Below the pieces are notes generated by a model. It ran no database searches, was not told where the DNA came from, and saw only the letters and a list, made by a program, of their open reading frames with translations. This document shows positions 27,918 to 38,996 of a DNA stretch of 64,000 bases, in pieces. The DNA is from Escherichia coli (GTDB lineage: Bacteria; Pseudomonadota; Gammaproteobacteria; Enterobacterales; Enterobacteriaceae). The number at the start of each line of letters is the position of its first letter. Within the stretch, counting starts at the first letter, position 1. Where the stretch lies: assembly GCF_041886205.1 (NCBI RefSeq), contig NZ_CP169030.1; one strand, written 5' to 3'. The translations under genes and the position numbers were made by a program.

Positions 27918-29057
27918 TTAGTCGCCTGAGACCCCCGCCTGTTTTCCACGTCGCTTCTCAATCGCCCATTTGAGTAAAGACGCGCAGCGGTAAAATCCGT
28001 GGGCAAATTTTCCGTATGGAATGGTCAAAAAAAGCGCCATGACCACGCCAAGATGGATGGCAAGCAGGATCCCCATCCATGAGGTGTCTCTTCCCGCCAG
28101 CAAACCTATACCGGTCAGGCTGGTCAGGAGCAGCAGTAAAATAAAACCGCGATCCATCGGTTTCTGTCGCGCGTCGCCATGCAGTGGCGAGCGCTTAAGG
28201 TTTAACCACAGCAGGCCTGCCGGGCCGACAATTAAACCGATTCCTCCGAGCGTGCCAAGCATGACCGGCACGCTGAAGAACGGGTAGGGGGCTTCCCAAC
28301 CGGCGAAGTAGTGGTAACCCGTCGCCACCACGGTCGCGGCGAAACAGAGCATAAAGCCGTAGAAGGTGAAATGGTGGAAACGACGACGCATCAATGTGAA
28401 AGCATCGTCCGCCTCGTTGCAGCCTTTGCCATGACCGCCGTCGAGGTATTTCAGCGTCAGCGCGTTGTGCGACGCTTCGGCAATTTCCGCCGGACGCGGC
28501 CCGACGTGAGAGATCTCGCGCCAGAAGCGGATCACCCCTGCCATTAGTAAACCGATCGCCAGCATGAAAACCGATCCAAACATCCATGCCAGCAGGTTGT
28601 GCGGGAAGATTTGGTAGAAATCACCGGCCAGCGGCGGATGGAGTAGCGATCCCTTCATCCCCATCGCGAGGAGTAAAAAGAGGATCAGACTAAAGACCAG
28701 TGCCAGCGTCACGGTGACGCCAGCCTGGCGATACAGCGCCCCGAAGGCCGCCGGTTGCGCGTAGTGTTGATACGTTTCCAGACGCACTTCCGCCATTGCT
28801 TTCGGCACGTTAATCGCAAACTCATGGGGTGGAGCATACTGGCAGGCGTGCAGGCAGGCGCCGCAGTTATGGCACAGGTTTGCCAGATAGTTAATGTCGG
28901 CTTTGCCAAATTCCAGTCGCTGAGTCATCGCCGGGAACACGGCGCAAAACCCTTCGCAATAGCGACAGGCATTACACACCTGCATCACCCGCTCGACTTC
29001 AGCTTCTGGCTCGGTGAGAATTTTGGCCTCGATGATCAGTTTTTCAAGCTGCTTCAT
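27918..29057 (-). CDS. tcuB: TcuB membrane iron-sulfur protein
   Basis: N-terminal [11 protein letters not shown] and [11 protein letters not shown] cysteine clusters followed by TM segments; probable start MKQLEKL, ORF-track frame extends 27 codons upstream. Confidence 0.75.
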   Translation of the reverse strand: MKQLEKLIIEAKILTEPEAEVERVMQVCNACRYCEGFCAVFPAMTQRLEFGKADINYLANLCHNCGACLHACQYAPPHEFAINVPKAMAEVRLETYQHYAQPAAFGALYRQAGVTVTLALVFSLILFLLLAMGMKGSLLHPPLAGDFYQIFPHNLLAWMFGSVFMLAIGLLMAGVIRFWREISHVGPRPAEIAEASHNALTLKYLDGGHGKGCNEADDAFTLMRRRFHHFTFYGFMLCFAATVVATGYHYFAGWEAPYPFFSVPVMLGTLGGIGLIVGPAGLLWLNLKRSPLHGDARQKPMDRGFILLLLLTSLTGIGLLAGRDTSWMGILLAIHLGVVMALFLTIPYGKFAHGFYRCASLLKWAIEKRRGKQAGVSGD

Positions 29058-30447
29058 GATGCGCCTCCTTACGTGCTGCCTGCGCGGCTTCTTTACCTGC
29101 GATGCGACCAAACGTGGTGCCGATGGACATGCCGACACCGGCGGTATAGCCCTTGCCCAGTACGTTGCCAGCCATCATCTCACCGGCAACGAACAGGTTA
29201 CGGCTGGGGGTGCCTGCGAAGTGAACCGCAGCGTGTTCATTCACTTTCAGTCCCAGGTAGGTAAAGGTGATCCCCGGTCGCAGGGCATAACCGTAGTAAG
29301 GGGGCGTATTAATAGGCCGCGCCCAGTGCGTTTTCGGTGGCGTCAGGCCCTGAGTCGCGCAGTTATCCAGCTTCGTGTGATCAAACTGACCCGGCTGACA
29401 GGCCTGATTGTAGTGCTCCACGGTATGGGTAAAGCGTTCGGGATCCAGCCCCAACTGGCGGGCCAGTTCACTCAGCGTATTGGCCTGTGCGCCGGGGAAA
29501 ACCGGCGGCATAAAGTGACCGATCGCTTTGCTGTCGATAATGGAGTAGCCAATCTGCCCCGGCTGTTGGGCAACCAGACGCCCCCAGATGGCATAGCGTT
29601 TCGGCCAGAAATCTTCGCCTTCATCGTAAAAGCGCTCCGCGTCCCGGTTGACTACCACACCCAGTGAGACGCAATCCACGCGGGTACAAATGCCGCCGTC
29701 GTACAACGGAGCCCGGGCATCAATCGCCACACAGTGGGACTGAGACGGATCGCCGATAATGTCAGCACCGGCATCGATCATAAACTTGAGCAAGACGCCC
29801 TGATTAAAGCGGGTGCCGCGAATGAGGAAGTTATCGGCTGGCCATTCGCCACGAGCGTTCTCTCCCCAGGCGTCGCGCAGCCATTCGCGGTTGGATTCAA
29901 ATCCACCGGCGGCGAGTACGCAGGCTTTCGCCTCAATGCGCTCGTGGCCTGCCAGGGCTGCGATGAATTCGCCGTTGTGCAATTCAAGTGCCTGTACCGG
30001 CGTGTTGTAGCGAATCTGTACCCCCAGCTTTTCTGCGCTGCGGTAATAGGCGTTCACGAGGGCTTTACCGCCGCCCATGAAGAAGGCATTGGTACGCGCC
30101 ACGTGCAGCGCGCCAGAGAGCGGAGGCTGAAAATTAACGCCGTGATGACGCATCCAGTCGCGACACTGGGAAGAGGTCCGGATCACCAGTCGCGCCAACG
30201 CTTCATTGGTATTGCCTTCGGTGACACGCCAGAGATCCTGCCAGAACTCCTCTTCGGGATAACTCTCGACCAGCACATCCTGTGGCGCATCGTGCATACA
30301 GCGTAAATTGCGCGTGTGTTGGGAATTCCCGCCGCGCCATTCCCGGGGCGCAGCCTCTAACAGCAGCACGGAAGCTCCTGCCTCACGGGCGGTTAAGGCG
30401 GCACATAACGCGGCATTACCACCGCCAATCACCAGTACATCAACCAT
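29044..30447 (-). CDS. tcuA: TcuA FAD-dependent tricarballylate dehydrogenase
   Basis: 467 aa, N-terminal dinucleotide-binding motif [17 protein letters not shown]. Confidence 0.8.
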   Translation of the reverse strand: MVDVLVIGGGNAALCAALTAREAGASVLLLEAAPREWRGGNSQHTRNLRCMHDAPQDVLVESYPEEEFWQDLWRVTEGNTNEALARLVIRTSSQCRDWMRHHGVNFQPPLSGALHVARTNAFFMGGGKALVNAYYRSAEKLGVQIRYNTPVQALELHNGEFIAALAGHERIEAKACVLAAGGFESNREWLRDAWGENARGEWPADNFLIRGTRFNQGVLLKFMIDAGADIIGDPSQSHCVAIDARAPLYDGGICTRVDCVSLGVVVNRDAERFYDEGEDFWPKRYAIWGRLVAQQPGQIGYSIIDSKAIGHFMPPVFPGAQANTLSELARQLGLDPERFTHTVEHYNQACQPGQFDHTKLDNCATQGLTPPKTHWARPINTPPYYGYALRPGITFTYLGLKVNEHAAVHFAGTPSRNLFVAGEMMAGNVLGKGYTAGVGMSIGTTFGRIAGKEAAQAARKEAHHEAA

Positions 30448-30543
30448 CGTCTACTCCATTACCATTTAACTATTTGTTAAATTTGTAATTGAAATGTATA
30501 CGTATGATTGTATGGGCGCTATAACGAATAGCTAAAGATGGGT

Positions 30544-31470
30544 TTAGGGAGCGTAAAGGGTTGCGCCCGGCCAATGACCGGTTTCAACGAGTTCACGCAT
30601 GACTTTTGTGAGTATTACGCGGACTGCAAGACCGGCAGGGGTGAGTTCATCGTCCGACAGACTGACCAGAAAATTGGGGCGGCTGAGGACAGGATTATGG
30701 ACGCCGATCACTCTTAGCGCTTCCCTCTCAAGATGCGAAATGGCTGCACCGGGTTGCAGCGTGGCGCCGAGTCCGCTGCTAACGGCGCGCATCAGTAACG
30801 TCAGGCCGTCAATTTCCGTGGCAATATCGACCTTCAGTCCGTGTTCCTGACAGATGGCTTCCAGTCTGCCACGCAGGCCGTGTCCCTGGCTTGGCATGAT
30901 CAGGGGAATATTCGCCAGTTGAGCAGGCGTTATGGTGTCATCCGGAATATCCGCCAGCAGCTCGTGTGTGCCAATCAGAAACAGGCGCTCCTCAAGAACC
31001 GGTCTGGCGTTCCAGCGCAGGATTTTCTCTTTTTGAAACACGACCGCCAGATCAATCTGGCGCGTGTTGATCATCCGTTCCAGATTACCCGACAGGCTTT
31101 CCACCACATGCAGGCGAACGTCGGCGTAATGTTCCCGCATGGCATGAATAAACGGTATTCCCAGGATGGAGGCGGTGCTGGGGGCCATGCCGACGCTGAC
31201 GTGTCCAGAGAGACGCGCCTCGCGAGAGGCCAAGATCGCATCATCGGCGTGGCGTAGCGCCAATTGTGCCTGCGAGTAAAAAGCCAGACCGGCGTTAGTG
31301 GGCGTGACGCCGCGCGAGGTTCGTTGCAACAGACGAATGGAGAGTTCATTCTCCAGCCTCGTCATCTGTTGACTAAGTGCTGAGACACCGATACCGAGAT
31401 CAAGCGCCGCAATGCCCATACTACCGGTTTCCACAATACGAACAAAATAACGTAGCTGGCGAAGTTCCAT
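30544..31470 (-). CDS. tcuR: LysR-family transcriptional regulator (TcuR-like)
   Basis: 308 aa, N-terminal LysR HTH MELRQLRYFVRIVETGSMGIAALDLGIGVSALSQQMTRLE. Confidence 0.7.
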   Translation of the reverse strand: MELRQLRYFVRIVETGSMGIAALDLGIGVSALSQQMTRLENELSIRLLQRTSRGVTPTNAGLAFYSQAQLALRHADDAILASREARLSGHVSVGMAPSTASILGIPFIHAMREHYADVRLHVVESLSGNLERMINTRQIDLAVVFQKEKILRWNARPVLEERLFLIGTHELLADIPDDTITPAQLANIPLIMPSQGHGLRGRLEAICQEHGLKVDIATEIDGLTLLMRAVSSGLGATLQPGAAISHLEREALRVIGVHNPVLSRPNFLVSLSDDELTPAGLAVRVILTKVMRELVETGHWPGATLYAP

Positions 31471-31650
31471 TGCGATTCTCCGGAGAAGGCTGGGATATTT
31501 ACATTAAATCAACATGCTGTCAGAAGAAAGCACTAAGTAGAGAATGGCGCGCATAACAAAACAACCGACAGGTTGACTTTTCAGAATAGGGGCAGTTTGG
31601 TGATCGTCACCAGTATATGCAGCGTCAGCTGCATGGAAGGCGGCACGCTG

Positions 31651-31707
31651 TGGTTACATGTGATACCGGAGTAAAACCGCCGAAGCCCGGCGTAAGCCGG
31701 TACGGAT
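31651..31707. repeat. Copy 2 of the ~55-bp imperfect direct repeat
   Basis: GGTTACATGTGATACCGGAGTAAAACCGCCGAAGCCCGGCGTAAGCCGGTACGG, compare 9466-9520. Confidence 0.5.
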
Positions 31708-32254
31708 TGACAGATTTCACCTTACCCATCCCTTGCCCTGCCAGACCATACCTGCTTTCAGCCATGACAGAGCTTTTGTGCGCGGTCGGAGTGGTCCCGA
31801 CGAGGGTTTACCCGAAGTCGGGGCGTATCTCCGCGTTAGCGGGCCATCAGGGCCGCTTACGAGCGTGTACTCAATACTTCCAGCGAGAAGACTGACAGCG
31901 ATGAAGATGTAGTTACAACATTCATAATTAAAAGCGACTCTGTTCCGGCCCTTTGGGCCGGGGCGGGGCCGCTTTTCAGTTATGAGGGTGGGGCTTTGTG
32001 GTTTCGGTTCTGCGCTGGACCGGGGTTTTTCTTGGTGGTTCTGTTTGTGTGTTGTAACTAAAGTGGCTCCGGTCGGGGCCCGCCGCTTGCGGTGGGAGGT
32101 GCATATCTGTCTGTCCACAGGACAGGCAGTGAATAGGTTTTCTTTTTAAATGAATGTAATTAAGTAGTTTAAAGGAGATATAAACAGGTGTTTAAAAGAT
32201 ACATTGCACCCTGTAAGGCTGGCGGCTGGCGCTTTATGACATGAACGGTTGTAA

Positions 32255-32262
32255 CCTTATGA
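32255..32262. repeat. 8-bp target-site duplication (CCTTATGA), left copy, of the IS66-family insertion
   Basis: Same octamer at 34963-34970. Confidence 0.6.
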
Positions 32263-32293
32263 AGTAAGCGACTCGTCAGAACCGTATTGATAT

Positions 32294-33865
32294 TTACTGA
32301 GAGCTCAGATCAACTTTCCAGGGCAACAGATCGCGTACCCGGTTTGCCGGCCAGTCCTGGATATGTTCAATGACGTAACGCAGCCACTTTTCTGGCTCCA
32401 CATTGTTCAGACGGCATGTGCCGATCAGCGAGTACAACACCGCCGCATGTTCACCACCGCTGTCGGAACCCGCGAACATCCAGTTTTTCCGGCCTACGGC
32501 CACTCCCCGTAAGGCGTTCTCTGCGATGTTGTTGTCGATTTCCACCCAGCCATTACTGCAGTACACGTTCAGTGCATCCCACTGTTTCAGCAGGTATGCG
32601 AACGCTTTTGCCGTATCTGAGTGACGCGACAGTGTTTTCATCTGTTGCTGTATCCAGTCATACAGTGACTGCATCAGTGGCGCGGCTCTGGCTTTTCTTG
32701 CCGCCAGACGCTGTTCTGCTGAACAGCCCCGGACCTCTGCCTCGATGGCATACAGTTCACCGATACGCTGCAGGGCTTCCGTGGTGATGTAGGTGGACGC
32801 TCTTGCATGCACATCGTGGATTTTTCTCCGGGCATGAGCCATACACGCGGCTTCCGTTATTCTGCCGGATTCGTATAACGCCCGGTAACCACCGTAAGCA
32901 TCGGCCTGAAGCACACCGCTGTAACCGGCCAGGTGATTTTGTGGATGGATACCTTTCCGGTCCGGACTGTACGCGAACCAGACCGCCGGGGGCATCTGTG
33001 AACCGGCGTTACGGTCATCACGGACGTAGACCCACAGCCGGGCTGTCCGGGTTTTACCGCTGCCCGGCTCCTGGACCGGGACGGGGATATCATCAGCATG
33101 GACTTTACCGGGCATCAGCACATACTGGCGCAGGACGTCATACAGCGGCTCCAGCAGTTCAGCAACAGCACCTGTCCAGCGCCCCAGTGTGGCACGGCTC
33201 AGCTCCACTCCCTGACGACGGTATATTTCTGACTGGCGGTATAACGGCAGATGGTCTGCATATTTCCCGGTGACAACATGGGCCAGAAGCCCCGCTCCGG
33301 CATAACTGCGTGCAATGGGTTTTGAAGGTACTGGTGCCTGCACGATATGGTCGCACCGGCAACAGGCCTGTTTCGGACGTTGTGTTTCGATAACCTTAAA
33401 GGCGCTGCTGATAAGCTCCAGTTGCTCTGACACATCACATCCCAGAGAACTGAGTTCACCACCACAGGCAGGACAGCATTCCTCTTCCGGCCGGATAACC
33501 CGGGTTTCACGGGGAAGTGAGGCCGGTAACGGTTTACGGGCTGAAGACTGGCGCAGGGCGGATGGCAGTACCGGGTCATATTGCTCACCCAGCGTTTCCG
33601 CCATTTCTTCCTGAAGTGCGCTGATTCGCTCCTGTGCTTCCTGTATCTGCCGTTCGGTTTTTGCACGAAGTTTTTCTGAGCTTTTACCGAACTGCATACG
33701 TTGCAGTTTCGCAACCAGCGCCTTCAGCCGGTTGATTTCGGAAGCATAAGCCGCCACCCGCTGTGAGAGCAGGCGGTTGTATTCAGCCATCTGGCGGATG
33801 GTGTCCTGTTGCGTCTGCAACAGTGCCCGCAGGCGGGCGTTCTCATGAGCAAGTGAGGTGTCCAT
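32294..33865 (-). CDS. tnpC: IS66-family transposase TnpC
   Basis: 523 aa with N-terminal leucine zipper, CxxC zinc-finger (CPACGGEL ... CRCDH) and DDE region. Confidence 0.85.
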   Translation of the reverse strand: MDTSLAHENARLRALLQTQQDTIRQMAEYNRLLSQRVAAYASEINRLKALVAKLQRMQFGKSSEKLRAKTERQIQEAQERISALQEEMAETLGEQYDPVLPSALRQSSARKPLPASLPRETRVIRPEEECCPACGGELSSLGCDVSEQLELISSAFKVIETQRPKQACCRCDHIVQAPVPSKPIARSYAGAGLLAHVVTGKYADHLPLYRQSEIYRRQGVELSRATLGRWTGAVAELLEPLYDVLRQYVLMPGKVHADDIPVPVQEPGSGKTRTARLWVYVRDDRNAGSQMPPAVWFAYSPDRKGIHPQNHLAGYSGVLQADAYGGYRALYESGRITEAACMAHARRKIHDVHARASTYITTEALQRIGELYAIEAEVRGCSAEQRLAARKARAAPLMQSLYDWIQQQMKTLSRHSDTAKAFAYLLKQWDALNVYCSNGWVEIDNNIAENALRGVAVGRKNWMFAGSDSGGEHAAVLYSLIGTCRLNNVEPEKWLRYVIEHIQDWPANRVRDLLPWKVDLSSQ

Positions 33866-33884
33866 ATCCTCACTTTACAACGGG

Positions 33885-34232
33885 TTATATGCGGATTCCA
33901 GCGCGTTCCGTTCGTTTCGGGTGCTTCCAGTTGATACCTTCAAGAAGCATGGATAACTGAGCCGGAGTAAGGTGCACCTTGCCGTCACGGGTGACTGGCC
34001 AGACGAAGCGGCCCCGCTCCAGGCGTTTGGTGAAGAGGCACAGTCCGTCACTGTCAGCCCACAACACTTTTATCTGGTCACCCCGGCGTCCGCGGAAGAT
34101 GAACAGGTGTCCGGAGAACGGGTCATCCTTCAGGACGTTCTGAACTTTTGATGCCAGGCCGTTAAAGCCATTTCGCATATCGGTGATACCTGCAACCAGC
34201 CAGATACGCGAACCTGCAGGGAGAGATATCAT
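33885..34232 (-). CDS. tnpB: IS66-family accessory protein TnpB (Orf2)
   Basis: 115 aa typical IS66 Orf2. Confidence 0.8.
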   Translation of the reverse strand: MISLPAGSRIWLVAGITDMRNGFNGLASKVQNVLKDDPFSGHLFIFRGRRGDQIKVLWADSDGLCLFTKRLERGRFVWPVTRDGKVHLTPAQLSMLLEGINWKHPKRTERAGIRI

Positions 34233-34879
34233 CAGTGGCTGCTCCCTTTTATTTCGCGGATAAGTGTCTGTAATAACGCCGGCGTCAGTTTACCTTTAAG
34301 CCTGAGAGTTCCGGCCGGCAGAACCAGCTCACAACACAGACTGTCGGACGGTGTATTTATCTGCTCTGGTTCCTGTGCGGGGGCCGGGATTTTATTATCC
34401 GGCTCCGGCGTTAACGTCACGGGAAGCAGTGCCGGCATATTTTTTCCGGAAGGCAGCAGGCCACCTTTCCGGTATTGATGGCGCCAGTTGAAGAGCAGGT
34501 TATCGTTGATTCCGTTTTCCCGGGCGATCTGCGCCACACAGGCTCCGGGCTGCAGTGACTGCTCCACTAAGGCGATTTTAAACTCATAAGGGAAGTTGGG
34601 CCGCCGGGGACGTTTTTTTACCACGGGGGCTTCGGATATAACGGTGCTTTCAGGACGTACGACTGGTACCGTGGAAAATTGTCCGTAAAGGCAGGCATCA
34701 AGTTCCTGCTCCGACATGCCTGCGGGCAAAGGCCACGAAAGGCCAGCTCTCCGAAAGCGCACGAACATACTACAAACTGTTGATTTTGGTACACCCAGGC
34801 GACGCCCGGCCACAACCCGGGGTAAATGTTCTTCAAAGTGAAGACGTAAAGCTTCAGTGATCCAGGTCCGGTGTTTCAT
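34232..34879 (-). CDS. tnpA: IS66-family accessory protein TnpA (Orf1, HTH)
   Basis: Frame 34232-34909; probable start at MKHRTWITEALRLHFE. Confidence 0.7.
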   Translation of the reverse strand: MKHRTWITEALRLHFEEHLPRVVAGRRLGVPKSTVCSMFVRFRRAGLSWPLPAGMSEQELDACLYGQFSTVPVVRPESTVISEAPVVKKRPRRPNFPYEFKIALVEQSLQPGACVAQIARENGINDNLLFNWRHQYRKGGLLPSGKNMPALLPVTLTPEPDNKIPAPAQEPEQINTPSDSLCCELVLPAGTLRLKGKLTPALLQTLIREIKGSSH

Positions 34880-34962
34880 ACGATAGTGTCCATTAAAAAT
34901 GATGGACATTATTTTTGTAGAGCCGGAGGAAACAGACCAGACGGTTTAAATGAGCCGGTTAC

Positions 34963-34970
34963 CCTTATGA
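34963..34970. repeat. 8-bp target-site duplication (CCTTATGA), right copy
   Basis: Matches 32255-32262. Confidence 0.6.
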
Positions 34971-34990
34971 GGAAGTCCCTTGCAGTTAAA

Positions 34991-34999
34991 TGTGGATAA
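34991..34999. promoter_or_regulatory. DnaA box (TTATCCACA on minus strand) of the IncFII-type origin region downstream of repA1
   Basis: Consensus 9-mer about 175 bp downstream of the repA1 stop. Confidence 0.5.
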
Positions 35000-35174
35000 G
35001 CAAAATTCCTCGTCTGTGAGGCGTGTTTTGTATCAAAAACAGGAGGGACCGGATGCACCTGAAGGTGGATGATGAGGTTGTTTTTTGTATGCGGTGCTGT
35101 TTTTTTGTTCGCCGACAGGCTTCAGGCGTGCAGATGCCTCCGGTGCGGGCCGGATTATTCAGAGGAGGTCACTT

Positions 35175-36032
35175 TCAGGGGGAATCTGTGGCCAGCCGGC
35201 TGTAATTACGGTTACGTGACAGAATCATGCGCTCTTTCACACGACGCTCCACTTCGCGTTTTACCGCCTCACGATTGGCAGTGAAGCGCCCTTCCGAGAT
35301 TTCACGCGTCAGCTGCCGTTTCACCAGGGTGACGATATCCTGACGTTCCCTGTTCGCATCACGACGCGCACGGGCACGTTTTATTCCACGGGACTTAAGC
35401 TCTGTCTGGTAACTGCGGAAACGCTCACGCACAAAACGCCAGGCTTTCGCTATCAGTTCATCCATACCCAGGGTATCCAGTCCCTGCTTTTTGCGCTGTC
35501 TGTTTTCCCATTCAACACGACTGCGGCGCGCAGCAACCACTGCATCCTCAGACACATCAAGGGCGGCAAATAGCGCCGGTGTGAACGTGATATCGGTCGG
35601 AATGTAGCACCCGATAAGCGGATCATATTCCGTCTGGTAGGTAATCAGTCCCAGCTCTGCAAGGAACGTCAAGGCTCGGGTGGCCCGGGTGATGGAGAGT
35701 TTTCCGGCAGCAGACTCCGTCGCCAGTCCGCACTCAATGGCCAGCGTAGTGATGGAGCACTGGACGCGGTTGGCCAGCGGGTCATAGTGAAAACACAGCC
35801 CCTGCAGCAGCGCATCAATAGCCCGGCGACGCAGTACCGGTGGCATGCGCCGACGCAGTCCCTTCGAACGAGCATGTGCCACATGAATGGCGAAATCAAA
35901 ACGGGAGGTGAAGCCCACCGCCTTTTCCATCAGTTTTTCGCAGAACTTCAGCGTTCCGGCACCTTCACGGGGTGTGAACACCGGATTCGGGTTTTTAACC
36001 TGTGAATAGTATTTTTGAAGGAGATCAGCCAT
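35175..36032 (-). CDS. repA1: IncFII replication initiator RepA1
   Basis: 285-aa protein [41 protein letters not shown]...; ORF-track frame extends 13 codons upstream. Confidence 0.9.
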   Translation of the reverse strand: MADLLQKYYSQVKNPNPVFTPREGAGTLKFCEKLMEKAVGFTSRFDFAIHVAHARSKGLRRRMPPVLRRRAIDALLQGLCFHYDPLANRVQCSITTLAIECGLATESAAGKLSITRATRALTFLAELGLITYQTEYDPLIGCYIPTDITFTPALFAALDVSEDAVVAARRSRVEWENRQRKKQGLDTLGMDELIAKAWRFVRERFRSYQTELKSRGIKRARARRDANRERQDIVTLVKRQLTREISEGRFTANREAVKREVERRVKERMILSRNRNYSRLATDSP

Positions 36033-36108
36033 GTCCCCCTCCAACACTATTCCCCCTCCTACGGGCGGCAACTAGCTCGTCTGGGCCGACACGTAAAGTT
36101 TCGAACAT
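36025..36108 (-). CDS. Probable tap/repA6 leader peptide translationally coupled to repA1
   Basis: Short frame [27 protein letters not shown] terminating just inside the repA1 start, as for IncFII leader peptides. Confidence 0.35.
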   Translation of the reverse strand: MFETLRVGPDELVAARRRGNSVGGGHG

Positions 36109-36807
36109 ATCTGGTCTGAACCAGATGGTTCCTCCATCAAAAGCGATGAGATGAAGATCATTATCAAGAGTTTTGAGGGCTCTCCAAACACGAGTGTATG
36201 AACCTCCACTACAAACTGAAAGCTCTTTAACAGATAAGTTAACTTTGTTCGTATCAGGGATGTAGTGTGCGCACATTACTTGTACGAGGGAAACATAAAA
36301 ACTAACCATCGACGCGCTGATTTTATTTTTACGTTTGCCATGCGCTATTACAAGCAAACCTCTGATGAAGATCAGATGCTTGAAGGAGTCAAAATGAGCC
36401 CTTTTCTGGAGAAGGCTGCAAAACAGGTGAGGATACTTGCTGGAATCAATGTGAAGATCTGATTCAATCCCACCCGCTATTACTGAATGTGTTTCATGAT
36501 TAGCCACACCATCCTGCACTTACAATGCACAGAAGGAGTGAGCACAGAAAGAAGTCTTGAACTTTTCCGGGCATATAACTATACTCCCCGCATAGCTGAA
36601 TTGTTGGCTATACGGTTTAAGTGGATCCCGGTAATCTTCTCCTCGTCGCCAAACTAGATGAAGATTATCGGGGTTTTTGCTTTTCTGGCTCCTGTAAATC
36701 CACATCAGAACCAGTTCCCTGCCACCTTATGGCGTGGCCAGCCACAAAATTCCTTAAACGATCAGCAATCTATCACTCACGCCTGAGATAAGCAAGAATG
36801 TGAATAT

Positions 36808-37065
36808 TTACAAAGTCGCTCTGCGTTTCAGCTCTGATTCAATCAGTTTTTCAAGCATCTGCGCCTGGGTAATACCTTCCTCATCTGCCAGTTCACTCAG
36901 CCTGTCTTTTAACCGGGCCTGGATAACCGCATGAAAAGCCTTATGAGTGTTGCTTCTGCGAGCTAGAGAAGCCCTTTGCCTCTCTCTGGCCGGAACAGGG
37001 TTACCTTTCCGGTATGCACGCTTGTTACCTGATGAGGAAGTCACTGCATTTTCTGTCTGCGACAT
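36808..37065 (-). CDS. repA2: CopB/RepA2 transcriptional repressor of repA1
   Basis: 85 aa starting [11 protein letters not shown] with EGITQAQ motif, typical CopB. Confidence 0.75.
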
Positions 37066-37348
37066 CTCGCCCCCTCAATATTTAAACAGGGATCGTTTCG
37101 CAGAGGATACTACAGTTTTTTGAAATCAGCGACTTGAGAATTGTGACAATGATCTGTGTTGGCGCACAAATCATGTCTGATTACGACCGTTTAATGTGAT
37201 TTTGATAATGAAATGACTGAAAAGCAGGATATGCCTGAACCTGGGTGCCGGCCCCGGGCGGGACCGGCTGTTTCTGGCATGTCGGGTGTCTGCCCCTGAA
37301 ATACCTCACACTTCCGGAAAGCGGGGACTTCCGTCCCCGCCCGGCAGC

Positions 37349-37555
37349 TTACTTCCGTGCTTCGTAGGCCAGAGTTACCTGCACCACTGTATTTCCCCTG
37401 TGAATATTCAGCTCACATAACCGTTCCCTGAATATCAGTGAAAAACACAACACCGTAGCGCACACGGCGAGCAACCCGATAAGGGCATATTTCGTCATAA
37501 ACTTTGACCTCTCTGCAAGGAAGAGGCTACAATCAGTAGTGTTAAGGTACTTCAT
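37349..37555 (-). CDS. srnB: SrnB (Hok-family) post-segregational killing toxin
   Basis: MKYLNTTDCSLFLAERSKFMTKYALIGLLAVCATVLCFSLIFRERLCELNIHRGNTVVQVTLAYEARK. Confidence 0.8.
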   Translation of the reverse strand: MKYLNTTDCSLFLAERSKFMTKYALIGLLAVCATVLCFSLIFRERLCELNIHRGNTVVQVTLAYEARK

Positions 37556-37892
37556 GCAGACCTCACGAGTTAATGGATTAACAAGTGGGGTCTTCGCATT
37601 TCTGGTACCTGCGTCTTGCCTGAACCAGAAAGGCTCAGACACCCGCCGCGATAATACCACATTCCCTGTTGCTTAATAACTGCCACCACTGGCGCGATCA
37701 GATATTGGTTGTCTGGAGATTCAGGGTCCAACCTAACTTGAGCCAGCTATAGCGCGAAACCGTAAATTATTGTTCGTATGCTCCCGCTGGTCCAGAATGG
37801 GAATTCCCTCTGTCTGATGTTGAGCAGTCATGGAGAATTGAAACTTGTTTAAGACTTTGGCAGCCTACTGTTTTTAATACACCCAATAAGGT

Positions 37893-38210
37893 ATGAAGAT
37901 GAAACCAGGTAAGTTGTTAGCCGCCGCTACCGTTTTAACGATAACTGCATGTGCTGGAAAGGTTGAAAAAGACCCGCAATATGTAGCCGCAGAGAAATGT
38001 GCAGATTTAGTTATCATAAAATCAAGAGCTCTGGCAGAGAAAGGCATAAGTGGTAAATACGTACTAACATCAAAACTCCGTACAACTTCGACGTCTGATG
38101 GCCCATTCACATCAACAAAAATCAGAGGCATTCCATATGCAACCTCTACGTTCCTCGACAATGGTAATGAGGGGAGTGCCTGGAGAAAATGTATGGGGCA
38201 GAAATTGTAA
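37893..38210 (+). CDS. Putative lipoprotein (105 aa)
   Basis: Signal peptide with lipobox LTITAC; overlapping minus-strand ORF lacks features. Confidence 0.35.
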   Translation: MKMKPGKLLAAATVLTITACAGKVEKDPQYVAAEKCADLVIIKSRALAEKGISGKYVLTSKLRTTSTSDGPFTSTKIRGIPYATSTFLDNGNEGSAWRKCMGQKL

Positions 38211-38996
38211 GCATGAGTTGTTCCCCAAAAGGATTTTGGGGGTGTTAAAAATAGTTTACATTTCCAGTTAAGATTCAGTGCGAAACACTTTTCCCGCAAG
38301 TATCTGTGTGCCACAAATTATATTAATCAGAGTCTTATGGGGTTCAACTTATTCAAACCGTAAGTTTCTGCACAGACTTTCCTGCTGGCCCAGTACACGA
38401 ACAACCTGCCCATAAATATCTGCAGACAATACCGGCTATGAAAAGATAAATAATACCAGTGGAATATATTCCCTCATGTTATTCTCCATATCAAATAAAT
38501 GGCACCTGTATTTCAGGCATCCTGAATATTGCAGCACACATTGAATAACACCTTATTTTGTGAAATAAATCACAAAATATAAAATCACGACTTAATACGA
38601 AAAAAAACTCTGTGCTACTCAGAATTGTCCGGTCATACTACCCGACCGGAGATTAAAAAAGTAAATCTCATGCATTATTCAGCCTTCTGACTCCTGGAGT
38701 AATGAAGGCTGCTTTTTTCGTTACACCTTTCCCCGGCAGCCCGTCGCCATGCTTCTGCCGCTTCCATCCAGCGTCCACTGATCTCCAGAATAACGGCCCG
38801 GCTTCCGGCACGCTGCCAGCGCCAGACCTGACCGTTCCGTGAACTGTTTCTGAATCCATTCATTTTTCTGCCCCTCCCTTTTAGTCGTCAGTATTATTGT
38901 GGTAAATAATTCAGTGGACTGGCTTCCTTTCGGGTACGGAAGTTATTTCCTTTTAAGCCTTATTTCCCTGCCTCCTCTCTCTGATGGAGGCTTTTT

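Larger units (their letters stand above)
32263..34962. mobile_element. Intact IS66-family insertion sequence (~2.7 kb) with three ORFs
   Basis: Termini beginning GTAAGCG / GTAACCG, 8-bp direct duplication of target, tnpA-tnpB-tnpC organisation. Confidence 0.75.

Noticed and set aside
36025-36519. 164-aa ORF upstream of repA1 as a real protein-coding gene
   Set aside because: Only its last ~27 codons correspond to the expected leader peptide position; the rest crosses a low-GC segment and is more likely non-coding control-region sequence, though this is flagged as a finding
37874-38314. 146-aa minus-strand ORF between srnB and finO
   Set aside because: Overlaps a plus-strand ORF with a clear lipoprotein signal peptide and has no recognisable features; plus-strand gene preferred, at low confidence
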